This document shows, piece after piece, positions 47,789 through 56,686 of a stretch of DNA of 64,000 bases. The notes below the pieces were generated by a model. That model was not told where the DNA came from and made no database searches. It saw nothing but the letters and a program-made list of their open reading frames with translations. Each line of letters begins with the position of its first letter. The stretch's first letter is position 1. Position numbers and translations under genes: made by a program. The stretch comes from an uncultured Gemmatimonadaceae bacterium (GTDB lineage: Bacteria; Gemmatimonadota; Gemmatimonadetes; Gemmatimonadales; Gemmatimonadaceae): NCBI GenBank assembly GCA_963761305.1, contig CAVXGK010000002.1, positions 1 through 64,000 on the forward strand. Direction: 5' to 3'.

Positions 47789-50700
47789 ATGAATTTCACG
47801 ACGTTGTTCATTAAACGGCCGGTAATGACCACGCTGGTCATGGTCGGCATTCTCGTCTTCGGCATCGTCGCGTACCGGCAGTTGGCGGTGAGCGATCTGC
47901 CGAACGTCGACTTTCCGACGATCACGGTCAGCGCCTCGTTGCCGGGCACCAGCCCGCAGACGATGGCTGCGACGGTGGCGACGCCGCTCGAGAAGCAGTT
48001 CTCGACGATCGCCGGCATCGACAACATGACGTCGACGTCGAGCCTCGGGACGACGCAGATCGTCATCCAGTTCGCGCTCGACCGGAACATCGACGCGGCC
48101 GCGCAGGACGTGAACGCGGCGATCGCGCAGACGAGTCGCCAACTGCCGCAGGGCATCATCCCGCCGTCGTACCAGAAGACGAACCCGGCGGACGCGCCAA
48201 TTTTGACATTGGCGCTCACATCGAACGAAGTCCCGCTCTCGACGCTCGACGAATACGGCGAGACGACGCTGGCGCAGCGGCTCTCTATGGTTGGAGGGGT
48301 CGCGCAAGTTCTGGTGTACGGCACGCAGAAGTACGCCGTCCGCATCCAGCTCGACCCGGGGCAGCTCGCCTCGCGCAGCATCGCGCTCGAGGACATCGCG
48401 ACGGCGATCACGAGTCAGAACGTCAATCTGCCGACCGGCGTGCTCTGGGGCCCGCGCACGGCGCTCACGGTACAGGCGACGGGCCAGCTCGACAACGCGA
48501 GCGAATTCTCCGACATGATCGTCGCCTATCGGAACGGTGCGCCGGTGCACCTCAACGAGATCGGCAAGATCACCGACGACGTTCAGAACAACAAAACCGC
48601 CAGCTGGTACAACGGCGAGCGGTCGATCGTGCTGGCCATTCAGCGCCAACCGGGCACGAACACGGTAGACGTCGCGAACAAGGTGAAAACGGCGCTCGGC
48701 AAACTTTCAGCGGAGATTCCGCCGGCCGTCCACGTCGACACGCTCTACGACCGCTCGGCCACGATCAAGGCGTCGGTCGACGACGTGACGTTCACGCTCG
48801 AGCTGACGCTCGGCCTCGTCGTGCTGGTGATCTTCCTGTTCCTGCGGAACTGGTCGGCGACGATCATCCCGAGCCTCGCGCTGCCGATGTCGATCATCGG
48901 CACGTTCTCGGTGATGTACCTGTTGCACTACAGTCTCGACAACCTGTCGCTCATGGCGCTCACGCTCGCCGTGGGCTTCGTGGTCGACGACGCGATCGTG
49001 ATGCTCGAGAACATCGTCCGCCATCTCGAGATGGGAAAAGATCGGATGACGGCGGCGATCGAGGGGGCGGCGGAAGTCGGCTTCACGATCCTCTCGATGA
49101 CGTTCTCGCTGGCCGCGGTCTTCATCCCCTTCCTGTTCATGGGGGGGATCATCGGCAAGCTGTTCCACGAGTTCGCGGTCACGATCGGCGTGGCGATCCT
49201 TGTGTCGGGCTTCGTGTCGCTGACGCTCACGCCGATGTTGTCGAGCCGATTCCTCAAGTCGGATCACGGCAAGGAACACGGCGCGCTCTACAAGATGAGC
49301 GAGCGCTTCTTCGACGCGTGGCTCGGACTCTACGAGCGCACGCTCGCCTGGGTCATGGAACGGCGGCCGCTCACGTTGGCGTTTTCGTTCGTCATTCTCG
49401 TGGCGACGGCGTACCTCTTCTGGTCGACGCCCAAGGGACTGTTCCCGACGGACGACACCGGACAGCTGCTCGCGACGACCGAAGCTTCCGAGGGCGTGTC
49501 GTACGACGCGCTGGTGCAGCACCAGCAGGAAGTCGCGGCGGCGGTGACGAAGGATCCCGACGTGCTGTCGGTGACGTCGTCGGTCGGCACGACGGCGGCG
49601 GCGAACCAGGGGCAGCTCACGATCGACCTCAAGCCGATCGACCAGCGCAAACGCAGCGCCGACCAGATCGCGCGCGACCTCACGAAGTCGGTGGCGAGCG
49701 TCCCTGACATCAACACGTTCATCCAGAATCCGCCGGCGATCTCGATCGGCGGTCTGGCGTCGAAGAGCTTGTACCAGTACACGCTCCAGAGCGGCGACAT
49801 GAACGCGCTCAACACGTCGGCGCGCCAGATGGAAACGCGCATGCGGAGTCTGCCCGGGCTCATCGACGTGACGAGCGACCTGCTGATCGAGAATCCGCAG
49901 GTCACGGTCGACATCAACCGCGAGGCCGCCGGGGAGCTCGGCGTGTCGGCGAGTGAGATCGAGAACACGCTCTACGACGCGTTCGGCCAGCGCCAGGTGT
50001 CCACGATCTATACGTCGACGAACGAGTATTGGGTGGTGATGGAGCTGTTGCCCGAGTACCAGCAGGACGCCGACGCGCTGGGAAAGCTGTGGGTTCGCTC
50101 GACGCGCGGGCCGCTCGTTCCGCTCAGCACCGTGGCGGCGTTCCGCTATTCGGTGGGTCCGGTCACCGTGAACCACTCGGGACAGCTGCCGTCGGTAACG
50201 GTCTCGTTCAACCTCGCGCCGGGCACGTCACTCGGCACGGCGCTCAAGGAAATCCAGCAGACCGCGGCCGACGTGCTGCCCAACACGGTGGCGGCGAGCT
50301 TCTCGGGGATCGCCGAAGCGTTCGTGACGACGCAGCAGGGCCTCGTGATGCTGATGCTGCTGGCGATTTTCGTCATCTACGTGATTCTGGGCGTGCTCTA
50401 CGAGAGCTTCATCCATCCGATCACGATTCTCACCGGCCTGCCGTTCGCCGCGTTCGGCGCGCTGGTGACGCTGATTCTCGTCGGGCTCGATCTCGACATC
50501 TATGGATTCGTCGGGATCATCATGCTCATCGGTATCGTCGAGAAGAACGCGATCATGATGATCGACTTCGCGATCGAGGCGCAGCGCGAGAAGAAGCGCA
50601 CGCCGGCCGAGGCGATTCTCGAGGCGGCGAGCGTACGGTTCCGGCCGATCATGATGACGACGATGGCGGCGCTCATGGGCGCCGTACCGATCGCGGTCGG

Positions 50701-50902
50701 GTGGGGCGCGGGTGCGTCGACGCGGCGGCCGCTCGGCGTCGCGGTGGTTGGTGGACTGGCGTTCTCGCAGCTCGTGACGTTGTACGTCACGCCCGTGTTC
50801 TATACGTACCTCGACGAGTGGCAACAGTGGTTCTCGCGGAAGAAGGCGAAGAGCGAGGCGGGGCAGATCGTGGGGGCGCCGGAGCCGGCTACGGGCGACT
50901 GA
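47789..50902 (+). CDS. RND efflux permease (MdtB/MdtC-like) 2, paralogue of 44391..47504
   Basis: Same motifs; 'GFVVDDAIVMLENI', 'GIVEKNAIMM', 'RFRPIMMTT'. Confidence 0.95.
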   Translation: MNFTTLFIKRPVMTTLVMVGILVFGIVAYRQLAVSDLPNVDFPTITVSASLPGTSPQTMAATVATPLEKQFSTIAGIDNMTSTSSLGTTQIVIQFALDRNIDAAAQDVNAAIAQTSRQLPQGIIPPSYQKTNPADAPILTLALTSNEVPLSTLDEYGETTLAQRLSMVGGVAQVLVYGTQKYAVRIQLDPGQLASRSIALEDIATAITSQNVNLPTGVLWGPRTALTVQATGQLDNASEFSDMIVAYRNGAPVHLNEIGKITDDVQNNKTASWYNGERSIVLAIQRQPGTNTVDVANKVKTALGKLSAEIPPAVHVDTLYDRSATIKASVDDVTFTLELTLGLVVLVIFLFLRNWSATIIPSLALPMSIIGTFSVMYLLHYSLDNLSLMALTLAVGFVVDDAIVMLENIVRHLEMGKDRMTAAIEGAAEVGFTILSMTFSLAAVFIPFLFMGGIIGKLFHEFAVTIGVAILVSGFVSLTLTPMLSSRFLKSDHGKEHGALYKMSERFFDAWLGLYERTLAWVMERRPLTLAFSFVILVATAYLFWSTPKGLFPTDDTGQLLATTEASEGVSYDALVQHQQEVAAAVTKDPDVLSVTSSVGTTAAANQGQLTIDLKPIDQRKRSADQIARDLTKSVASVPDINTFIQNPPAISIGGLASKSLYQYTLQSGDMNALNTSARQMETRMRSLPGLIDVTSDLLIENPQVTVDINREAAGELGVSASEIENTLYDAFGQRQVSTIYTSTNEYWVVMELLPEYQQDADALGKLWVRSTRGPLVPLSTVAAFRYSVGPVTVNHSGQLPSVTVSFNLAPGTSLGTALKEIQQTAADVLPNTVAASFSGIAEAFVTTQQGLVMLMLLAIFVIYVILGVLYESFIHPITILTGLPFAAFGALVTLILVGLDLDIYGFVGIIMLIGIVEKNAIMMIDFAIEAQREKKRTPAEAILEAASVRFRPIMMTTMAALMGAVPIAVGWGAGASTRRPLGVAVVGGLAFSQLVTLYVTPVFYTYLDEWQQWFSRKKAKSEAGQIVGAPEPATGD

Positions 50903-50911
50903 GACTTACAA

Positions 50912-51175
50912 AAACGGCGATTGGGTCGCGGCCACTCTGAGGTTTGTCTCGCCGGTTCGACGTCGCGGTGCGCGCTCGACGTCTGACGTCAGATTTCAGA
51001 CGTCAGACGTCAGACCCTGCGGTTGGCCGGTGAGTCTTCGCGTCAGGGCGGAATCGGACCGCGTCGCGCCGGGTCTGACGTCTGATATCAGACCTCTGAC
51101 GTCCGACTTCGAGCCTGCAGCCGTACCATCCACTCCAAGACAGACCTCAGAGTGGCCGCGATCCGACCGTCGTTT
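50912..51175. repeat. Nested inverted-repeat element (~265 bp): outer 38-bp arms, inner 44-bp GACGTCA arms
   Basis: 50912..50949 vs 51138..51175 (33/38 Watson-Crick); 50974..51017 vs 51071..51114 (37/44). Confidence 0.9.
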
Positions 51176-51242
51176 CGCGGTCGAGTCATCCTCCTGACAG
51201 GTTCCCCGAATAGCATTCGCTCGAATACGTTCAGGGGCCACC

Positions 51243-51638
51243 ATGAAGTGGACATCGATCCTCGCGCCGCTTGCCGCGACGCTCATCGCCGCGCCAGGAG
51301 CGCGCGCGCAGGCTGCATACAAGCGCGACATCCCCGACTCGCTCGCGGCCAAGGCCAAGATCACCGAGTCGGCCGCCGCGGCGACCGCGCTCAAGCGATT
51401 CCCGAAGGGCGCGATCCAGAGCGTCGAGCTCGAGCGCGAAGACGGACATCTTCAGTACTCGTACGACGTCGCGACACCGGGGAAGTCCGGGATCGATGAA
51501 GTCAACGTCGACGCGCTCACCGGGAAAATCATCGGCGTCGAACACGAGACGCCGGAGCAGATGAAAAAGGAAGCGGCCGAAGAGGCGAACGAAGCCAAGG
51601 CCAAGGCCGCGAAGGCGAAGAAGCCGGCCGCCCCGTGA
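51243..51638 (+). CDS. PepSY-domain secreted protein
   Basis: Signal peptide; 'AKITESAAAATAL...G.IQSVELEREDG.LQYSYDV...EVNVDALTGKII'. Confidence 0.9.
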   Translation: MKWTSILAPLAATLIAAPGARAQAAYKRDIPDSLAAKAKITESAAAATALKRFPKGAIQSVELEREDGHLQYSYDVATPGKSGIDEVNVDALTGKIIGVEHETPEQMKKEAAEEANEAKAKAAKAKKPAAP

Positions 51639-51651
51639 TGCGCTGCCGCTG

Positions 51652-52320
51652 ATGCGGATTCTGCTTGTCGAGGACGATCCGCAGCTCTCGTCCGTGATAG
51701 AGACCGGACTCGAAGAACACGGCTTTCAGGTGGCGCGCGAGAGCACCGCCGACGCCGGCCGCTCGCGCGCGGTCCTCGGCGCGTTCGACGTCATCATCCT
51801 CGACGTCATGCTGCCCGGCGGCAACGGGTTCGAGCTATGCCAGGCGTTGCGCGAGCGCGGCGTCGGCACGCCGGTGCTCATGCTCACCGCGCGCGACACG
51901 GTGGACGATCGCGTGCAGGGACTCGACTCGGGCGCCGACGACTATCTGACCAAGCCGTTCGCGTTTCGCGAGCTGGTGGCGCGCCTGCGCGCGTTGGCGC
52001 GGCGGCCGCCGACGCCACTCCCCGAGCGAACGTCGATCGCCGATCTCGAGATCGACCTCGGCGCGCATCGCGTGCGGCGCGGCGGGCGCAGCATCGAGCT
52101 CACCGCGAAGGAGTTCGCGCTGCTCGAGTTTCTCGTTCGGCACCGCGATCAGGTCGTGGACCGTGCGGCGATCACCGCGCACGTCTGGGACGAAAACCAC
52201 GATCCGTTCACCAACGTGCTGGAGGTCCTCGTCCGACGACTGCGCCGCAAGATCGACGACGGCTTCGACCTCAAGCTCATTCACACGTTGCGCGGCGCCG
52301 GGTACCGGTTGGGCGTCTGA
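51652..52320 (+). CDS. OmpR-family response regulator (CusR/CzcR-like)
   Basis: 'MRILLVEDD', 'LDVMLPG', 'LMLTARD', 'GADDYLTKPF', 'LIHTLRGAGY'. Confidence 0.95.
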   Translation: MRILLVEDDPQLSSVIETGLEEHGFQVARESTADAGRSRAVLGAFDVIILDVMLPGGNGFELCQALRERGVGTPVLMLTARDTVDDRVQGLDSGADDYLTKPFAFRELVARLRALARRPPTPLPERTSIADLEIDLGAHRVRRGGRSIELTAKEFALLEFLVRHRDQVVDRAAITAHVWDENHDPFTNVLEVLVRRLRRKIDDGFDLKLIHTLRGAGYRLGV

Positions 52321-52904
52321 TTCTCGGCGTTCTCGGTGCTCAGCCGCTGGGTCGCTTGAATGCCCTCCTCGAAACCCTCGATCATCTGCGGGATGAAAGC
52401 GCGGATGTCATCGGGCCGCCGGCTGGTGACCAGACCCATGTCGCTGACCACGTCACGATCCACCCAGTCCGCGCCCGCGTTGCGCAGGTCTGTCTGCAGC
52501 GACGGGTAGGACGTCATGGTGCGATTTCGCACGACGTTCGCCTCGATGAGGAGCCACGGCGCATGGCACATCGCGGCCACCGGCTTGCCCGTCTCGAAGA
52601 AACGTCGCACGAACTGCACGGCCTGCACGTCCTGCCGCAGGCGATCCGAGCAGATCAGGCCCCCGGGCAGATAGAGCGCCTCGAAGTCGTCCGGGCTGGC
52701 TTTGGCGAGCGGGATGTCGATCGGGATGTCGTCACCCCAATTGTCCCGCGTCCAACTGCGGATCTTGTCCTCGTTCGGTGAAACGACCAGTGTCTTGGCG
52801 CCGGCTTTGTCGAGCGCGTTCCGCGGGTCGATCAGCTCGGACAGCTCGACGCCGTCCGTCGCCAGGATCGCGATGCGCTTGCCGATGAGATCGTTGCGAG
52901 CCAT
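52281..52904 (-). CDS. DJ-1/PfpI family protein (type 1 glutamine amidotransferase-like)
   Basis: 'GKRIAILATDGVELSEL', 'ALYLPGG', 'KPVAAMCHAPW', 'TSRRPDDI.AF'. Confidence 0.92.
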   Translation of the reverse strand: MARNDLIGKRIAILATDGVELSELIDPRNALDKAGAKTLVVSPNEDKIRSWTRDNWGDDIPIDIPLAKASPDDFEALYLPGGLICSDRLRQDVQAVQFVRRFFETGKPVAAMCHAPWLLIEANVVRNRTMTSYPSLQTDLRNAGADWVDRDVVSDMGLVTSRRPDDIRAFIPQMIEGFEEGIQATQRLSTENAENQTPNRYPAPRNV

Positions 52905-52955
52905 GGGTCATAGTTCCACGAAAGAGACGCACATCCTCCGCGCAAACCGTAGACC

Positions 52956-54314
52956 GTGAATCGCTCCGTCTATCGAACTGTGCCGGTTCCGCAGACGCTT
53001 CGGCGTCTGCGGCTCCGACTCACGATCTGGTACGCGGTCACCTTCCTGATCATCCTGGCGCTGCTGGGCATCGGGATGTTCGCGACGATCACGTCGCGGT
53101 TCGATCGGGACCTCGATTCGTCGCTTGTCGACGCGACGAAGCAGCTCTCGCTCCTCGCGAGCCAGCGCGGCGTGTCGGCCGCGGTCGACCAGCTCCGCAT
53201 TCCCGATCGTACGCTCGCGATCGCCGACAGCACGGGCGTCTCCGTGGCGGGTGGTGCGCTCGAGCCCTGGCTTCGCGCGCTGGCCCAATCGACGGCGCGC
53301 ACTGGCGTGGGGGGCGGGAGCGGCGGGGGAGGCCAAGCGGCGAATCATGGCGAGGACGATCGCATCCTGCGAGCGAACGCGACGCCGTTCCGGCTGGCCG
53401 ACGGTCGCGAGTACGTCGCCGTCGCCGTGGCCGACGAGATCGAGCTCGAGGATCGCTACACGGCGCTCATCGCCGAGTTCGCCGCGGCCGGACTGATCGC
53501 GGCGATCCTCGTGGCAATCGGCGGCTGGATCGTGGCGGGTCAATCGGCGGCGCCGATCGAGGGCTCGATCGAGCAGATGCGTCGTTTCATGGCCGACGCC
53601 GCGCACGAACTGCGCACGCCGCTCACCATCGTGCGGAGCCGGGCGGAAGTCGCGCTCCAACGCCCGCGTTCGTCCGACGAGTACGCCGAAGCGCTGCGCG
53701 GAATCGAGCGTGAATCGATTCGACTGGGACGCATCGTCGAGGATCTGCTCACGCTCGCGCGTGCCGACGCCGGCCAGCGTCCCATCGCGAGAGAGCGCGT
53801 CTTTCTCGACGACGTCGCGCTCGACGCGGCCGAAGCAGCTCGCGTGATCGCCGAGCGCAAATCGGTACGGCTCGAGGTGCTCGACTTCGAGGAGGCACCA
53901 GTCGTCGGCGACGCGTCGCTCCTGAGGCAGCTCGGACTCATCCTGCTCGACAACGCGATCAAGTTCACGCCGCCGGGTGGATCGGTGCGGGTGTCGGTAC
54001 GAACGACGCCGAACGGCGCGCCGGCGCTCGTGGTGTCGGACACCGGCGTCGGAATCGGCGCCGACGAGCTACCGCGGATCTTCGAGCGGTTCTATCGCGG
54101 GGATCCGTCGCGAACGCGCGCCGACACGAGCGGCGGTCCAACCGAAGGGGCGGGGCTCGGCCTCTCGATCGCTCAATGGATCGCGGAGGAACACCGGGCG
54201 GTCATTCTCGTTGCGTCGACGCCGGGATCGGGAACCGAGGTGACGGTTCAGTTTCCCGCGGGCGAAGGCGCGCTGGATCGAGGGATGATCACCGACGCGA
54301 GCGCGGCGCTGTAA
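52956..54314 (+). CDS. Two-TM sensor histidine kinase
   Basis: 'LRLRLTIWY', 'FMADAAHELRTPL', 'LLDNAIKFT', 'DTGVGI', 'FERFYR', 'GAGLGLSI'. Confidence 0.93.
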   Translation: MNRSVYRTVPVPQTLRRLRLRLTIWYAVTFLIILALLGIGMFATITSRFDRDLDSSLVDATKQLSLLASQRGVSAAVDQLRIPDRTLAIADSTGVSVAGGALEPWLRALAQSTARTGVGGGSGGGGQAANHGEDDRILRANATPFRLADGREYVAVAVADEIELEDRYTALIAEFAAAGLIAAILVAIGGWIVAGQSAAPIEGSIEQMRRFMADAAHELRTPLTIVRSRAEVALQRPRSSDEYAEALRGIERESIRLGRIVEDLLTLARADAGQRPIARERVFLDDVALDAAEAARVIAERKSVRLEVLDFEEAPVVGDASLLRQLGLILLDNAIKFTPPGGSVRVSVRTTPNGAPALVVSDTGVGIGADELPRIFERFYRGDPSRTRADTSGGPTEGAGLGLSIAQWIAEEHRAVILVASTPGSGTEVTVQFPAGEGALDRGMITDASAAL

Positions 54315-54377
54315 TTGTTGTGACAGGTTCGCCCCGCTAGCATCCAGCGTACCCGACCACACGCCCTCCCAGAGGCC

Positions 54378-55583
54378 ATGCGTCTTCTGATTGCGACAGT
54401 GGCGCTCGGCGCGACCCTGGGTGTGGCCGCGCGTGCGCCTGGGCAACAAGTCAGTCTCACGCGCGCGCAGGCGGTACAAGGCGCGCTCGAGCGTGGTACG
54501 CGCGTCGCCGTCGCGGCAGCCGACACGGCGGTCGCCGCGGCCCAGGTCGTCGTCGCGCGCGTCTATCCCGACCCGTCGCTCACGGCGACGTACAGCAAGG
54601 CCGTTCCGACGCAGCACTATTCGGTCGACGTACCGCTCGATTTTCCAGGGCTTCGCCAGCCGCGGATCCAGTCCGCCGAACTCGAGCTCGACGCCGCGCG
54701 GCTGCGGTTTCGTCTCGCGCGTGCGACGGTCGCTCTCGACGCGGATACGACGTACACGCGCGCCGTCGCTTCGCGCGAACGGCTCGTCCTCTCGCGGCGC
54801 AATGCGCTCGACAGCGACAGCCTCCTCCACATGGTCGACCGGCGACGCGCGGCCGGCGACGCGAGCGACATGGACGTGGAGCTGGCGCGGGTCAACGCGG
54901 GTCAACAGGAAAATGCCGCGGCGAGCGATTCGCTGACGCTGATCTCGGCGCTCCTCGATCTCCAAGCGACGCTGGGCATCAGGAGCGAAAATCTCGAAGT
55001 CGTGGCGGTCGACTCGCTTGGCATCCCACCCGAGGCGGCGGTCCCCGCCGGGAGCACGCTCGGCGAAGGGGCGGCGTCGCGCGCTCTCGAAGCGGCGATC
55101 GCGACGACGCGTTTTCAGCATCGGTCGTTCTTCCCGACGCCATCGCTCTCGTTCGGATTCGAGTACGGCGATCACGACCAGCCGGGGCTTTTGCCGACAC
55201 TGGGGATCGGCATCGGGATTCCGATCTTCAACCGAAATCGCGGACAGATCCGCGTCGCCGAGGCCGAGCAGTTTCGGGCGCAAGCCGAGCTCGCGTTGGC
55301 ACAGGTCGAAGCACGCAATCAGATCGCGCACGCCAGGCGGGAACGTGAAAACGCGCTGTCGAAGGTCGTGCGCGACCGTTCGGTGATCGCGAGCGCGGAC
55401 CGTGTCGCGGCCATGTCCCTCGTCGCGTATCGAGAAGGCGCCGCGTCGCTGCCCAACGTGCTCGAGGCACAGCGAGCGGCGCGCGACATCCGCGGCTTGT
55501 ACATCGACGACCTGGCGGCCGCCTGGATCGCGACGGCCCAACTGCGCGTGCTGGCACTCACCCCCACCAGTCAGTCGCCATGA
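54378..55583 (+). CDS. TolC/CzcC-family outer-membrane efflux protein
   Basis: Signal peptide; 'YPDPSL', 'IPIFNRNRGQI', 'AYREGAASL..VLEAQR'. Confidence 0.88.
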   Translation: MRLLIATVALGATLGVAARAPGQQVSLTRAQAVQGALERGTRVAVAAADTAVAAAQVVVARVYPDPSLTATYSKAVPTQHYSVDVPLDFPGLRQPRIQSAELELDAARLRFRLARATVALDADTTYTRAVASRERLVLSRRNALDSDSLLHMVDRRRAAGDASDMDVELARVNAGQQENAAASDSLTLISALLDLQATLGIRSENLEVVAVDSLGIPPEAAVPAGSTLGEGAASRALEAAIATTRFQHRSFFPTPSLSFGFEYGDHDQPGLLPTLGIGIGIPIFNRNRGQIRVAEAEQFRAQAELALAQVEARNQIAHARRERENALSKVVRDRSVIASADRVAAMSLVAYREGAASLPNVLEAQRAARDIRGLYIDDLAAAWIATAQLRVLALTPTSQSP

Positions 55584-56686
55584 ATCGTCGATCTCGGACG
55601 GCGTCCGTCGTCGGGCGCGCGTCATTGATGCTCGCCATGCTGGTCGCGGGCGCGTGCAAGGCAAAGGAAGGAGGCGATTCCGAGACCGAAGCGAAGCCGG
55701 TCGTCGCCGCCCAGACGATCGTCGTCACGCCGCAGCCGTTCACCGAGACGCTCGGCGCCATCGGCAGCGTCACGCCGCGTCCGGGACACGTCTCCACGCT
55801 GAGCGCGCCGGCGCAAGGGCGCGTGGCAAAGGTCGACGTGTCGACAGGCCAGGCGGTTCACGCAGACGAGCCGCTGGTCGAGATGGACCAACAGAACTTC
55901 GAGGCGGCGCGGCAGAGCGCCGACGCGGCACTCGTCGCGGCCGAACAGGAAGCGGCCCGGCAGCAACTCTTGGCCGACTCCGGCATCGTCCCGCGCAAGG
56001 ATGCTCAAACAGCGAAAGCCGAGGCGGCCAAGGCGCGGGCCGACGCGATGGCGGCGAGGCGCGCCGAGCAACTGGCGACGATTCGTTCGCCGATCAGCGG
56101 CGTCGTCACGCGCGTCTCGACGACGATCGGCGCGTCGGTGGATCCCTCGCAGCCGCTCGTCGAGGTGTCGGATCCGCTGGCCGTCGACGTATTGCTCAGC
56201 GTGACGCCGACGGACGCCGCGCGCGTTCGGTCGGGGATGCGCGTCGCGCTGAGCGCGGGACAGGCCAGCGGCGGCGAGCCGCTCGGTTCAGGCGACGTCG
56301 CGGAGGTTCCGGGCACGGTCGATACGACCACTCGCAGTGTTCAAGTTCGTGTTCGGGCGTCGTCGACACGACGGGCGCTGCGGATCGGTGAAACCGTTTT
56401 CGGGTCGATCGCCATCGTCACCCGTCCGCGCTCCATCGTCATACCGTCGGACGCCCTCGTGCCCGAGGGGGACACGTTCAAGGTGTTCGTCGTCGACAGC
56501 GCCGGCATCGCGCACGAGCACGAAGTGAAGATCGGCGGCCGAACCGCCAACGGAGTCGAGATTCTCGAGGGAGTGTCGGCCGGCGATCGGATCGTGACGT
56601 TCGGCGCCTACGGCATGGAAGACAGCGCCAAGGTCGTTCCGTTGAACGCGGGGAAGGCCAAGCCAGACTCGGCGGATAAGCCGTGA
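55580..56686 (+). CDS. RND periplasmic adaptor subunit (lipoprotein)
   Basis: 'LVAGAC' lipobox; 'GRVAKVDVSTGQAV', 'IRSPISGVV', 'VDTTTRSV', 'VEILEGVSAGDRIV'. Confidence 0.9.
   Translation: MNRRSRTASVVGRASLMLAMLVAGACKAKEGGDSETEAKPVVAAQTIVVTPQPFTETLGAIGSVTPRPGHVSTLSAPAQGRVAKVDVSTGQAVHADEPLVEMDQQNFEAARQSADAALVAAEQEAARQQLLADSGIVPRKDAQTAKAEAAKARADAMAARRAEQLATIRSPISGVVTRVSTTIGASVDPSQPLVEVSDPLAVDVLLSVTPTDAARVRSGMRVALSAGQASGGEPLGSGDVAEVPGTVDTTTRSVQVRVRASSTRRALRIGETVFGSIAIVTRPRSIVIPSDALVPEGDTFKVFVVDSAGIAHEHEVKIGGRTANGVEILEGVSAGDRIVTFGAYGMEDSAKVVPLNAGKAKPDSADKP

Noticed and set aside
44406..50176. Long antisense or alternate-frame ORFs (44406..47201, 48707..50176; also 17252..19240, 54069..55664 and the upstream extension of 60087..63011)
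   Set aside because: Shadow ORFs expected from high-GC codon bias over well-supported genes; no recognisable motifs.
50530..50560. GIVKKN to GIVEKN change in the second RND permease as loss of proton relay
   Set aside because: The Lys immediately before Asn (AcrB K940 equivalent) and the TM4 DD pair are retained; a single-base difference that could also be an error.
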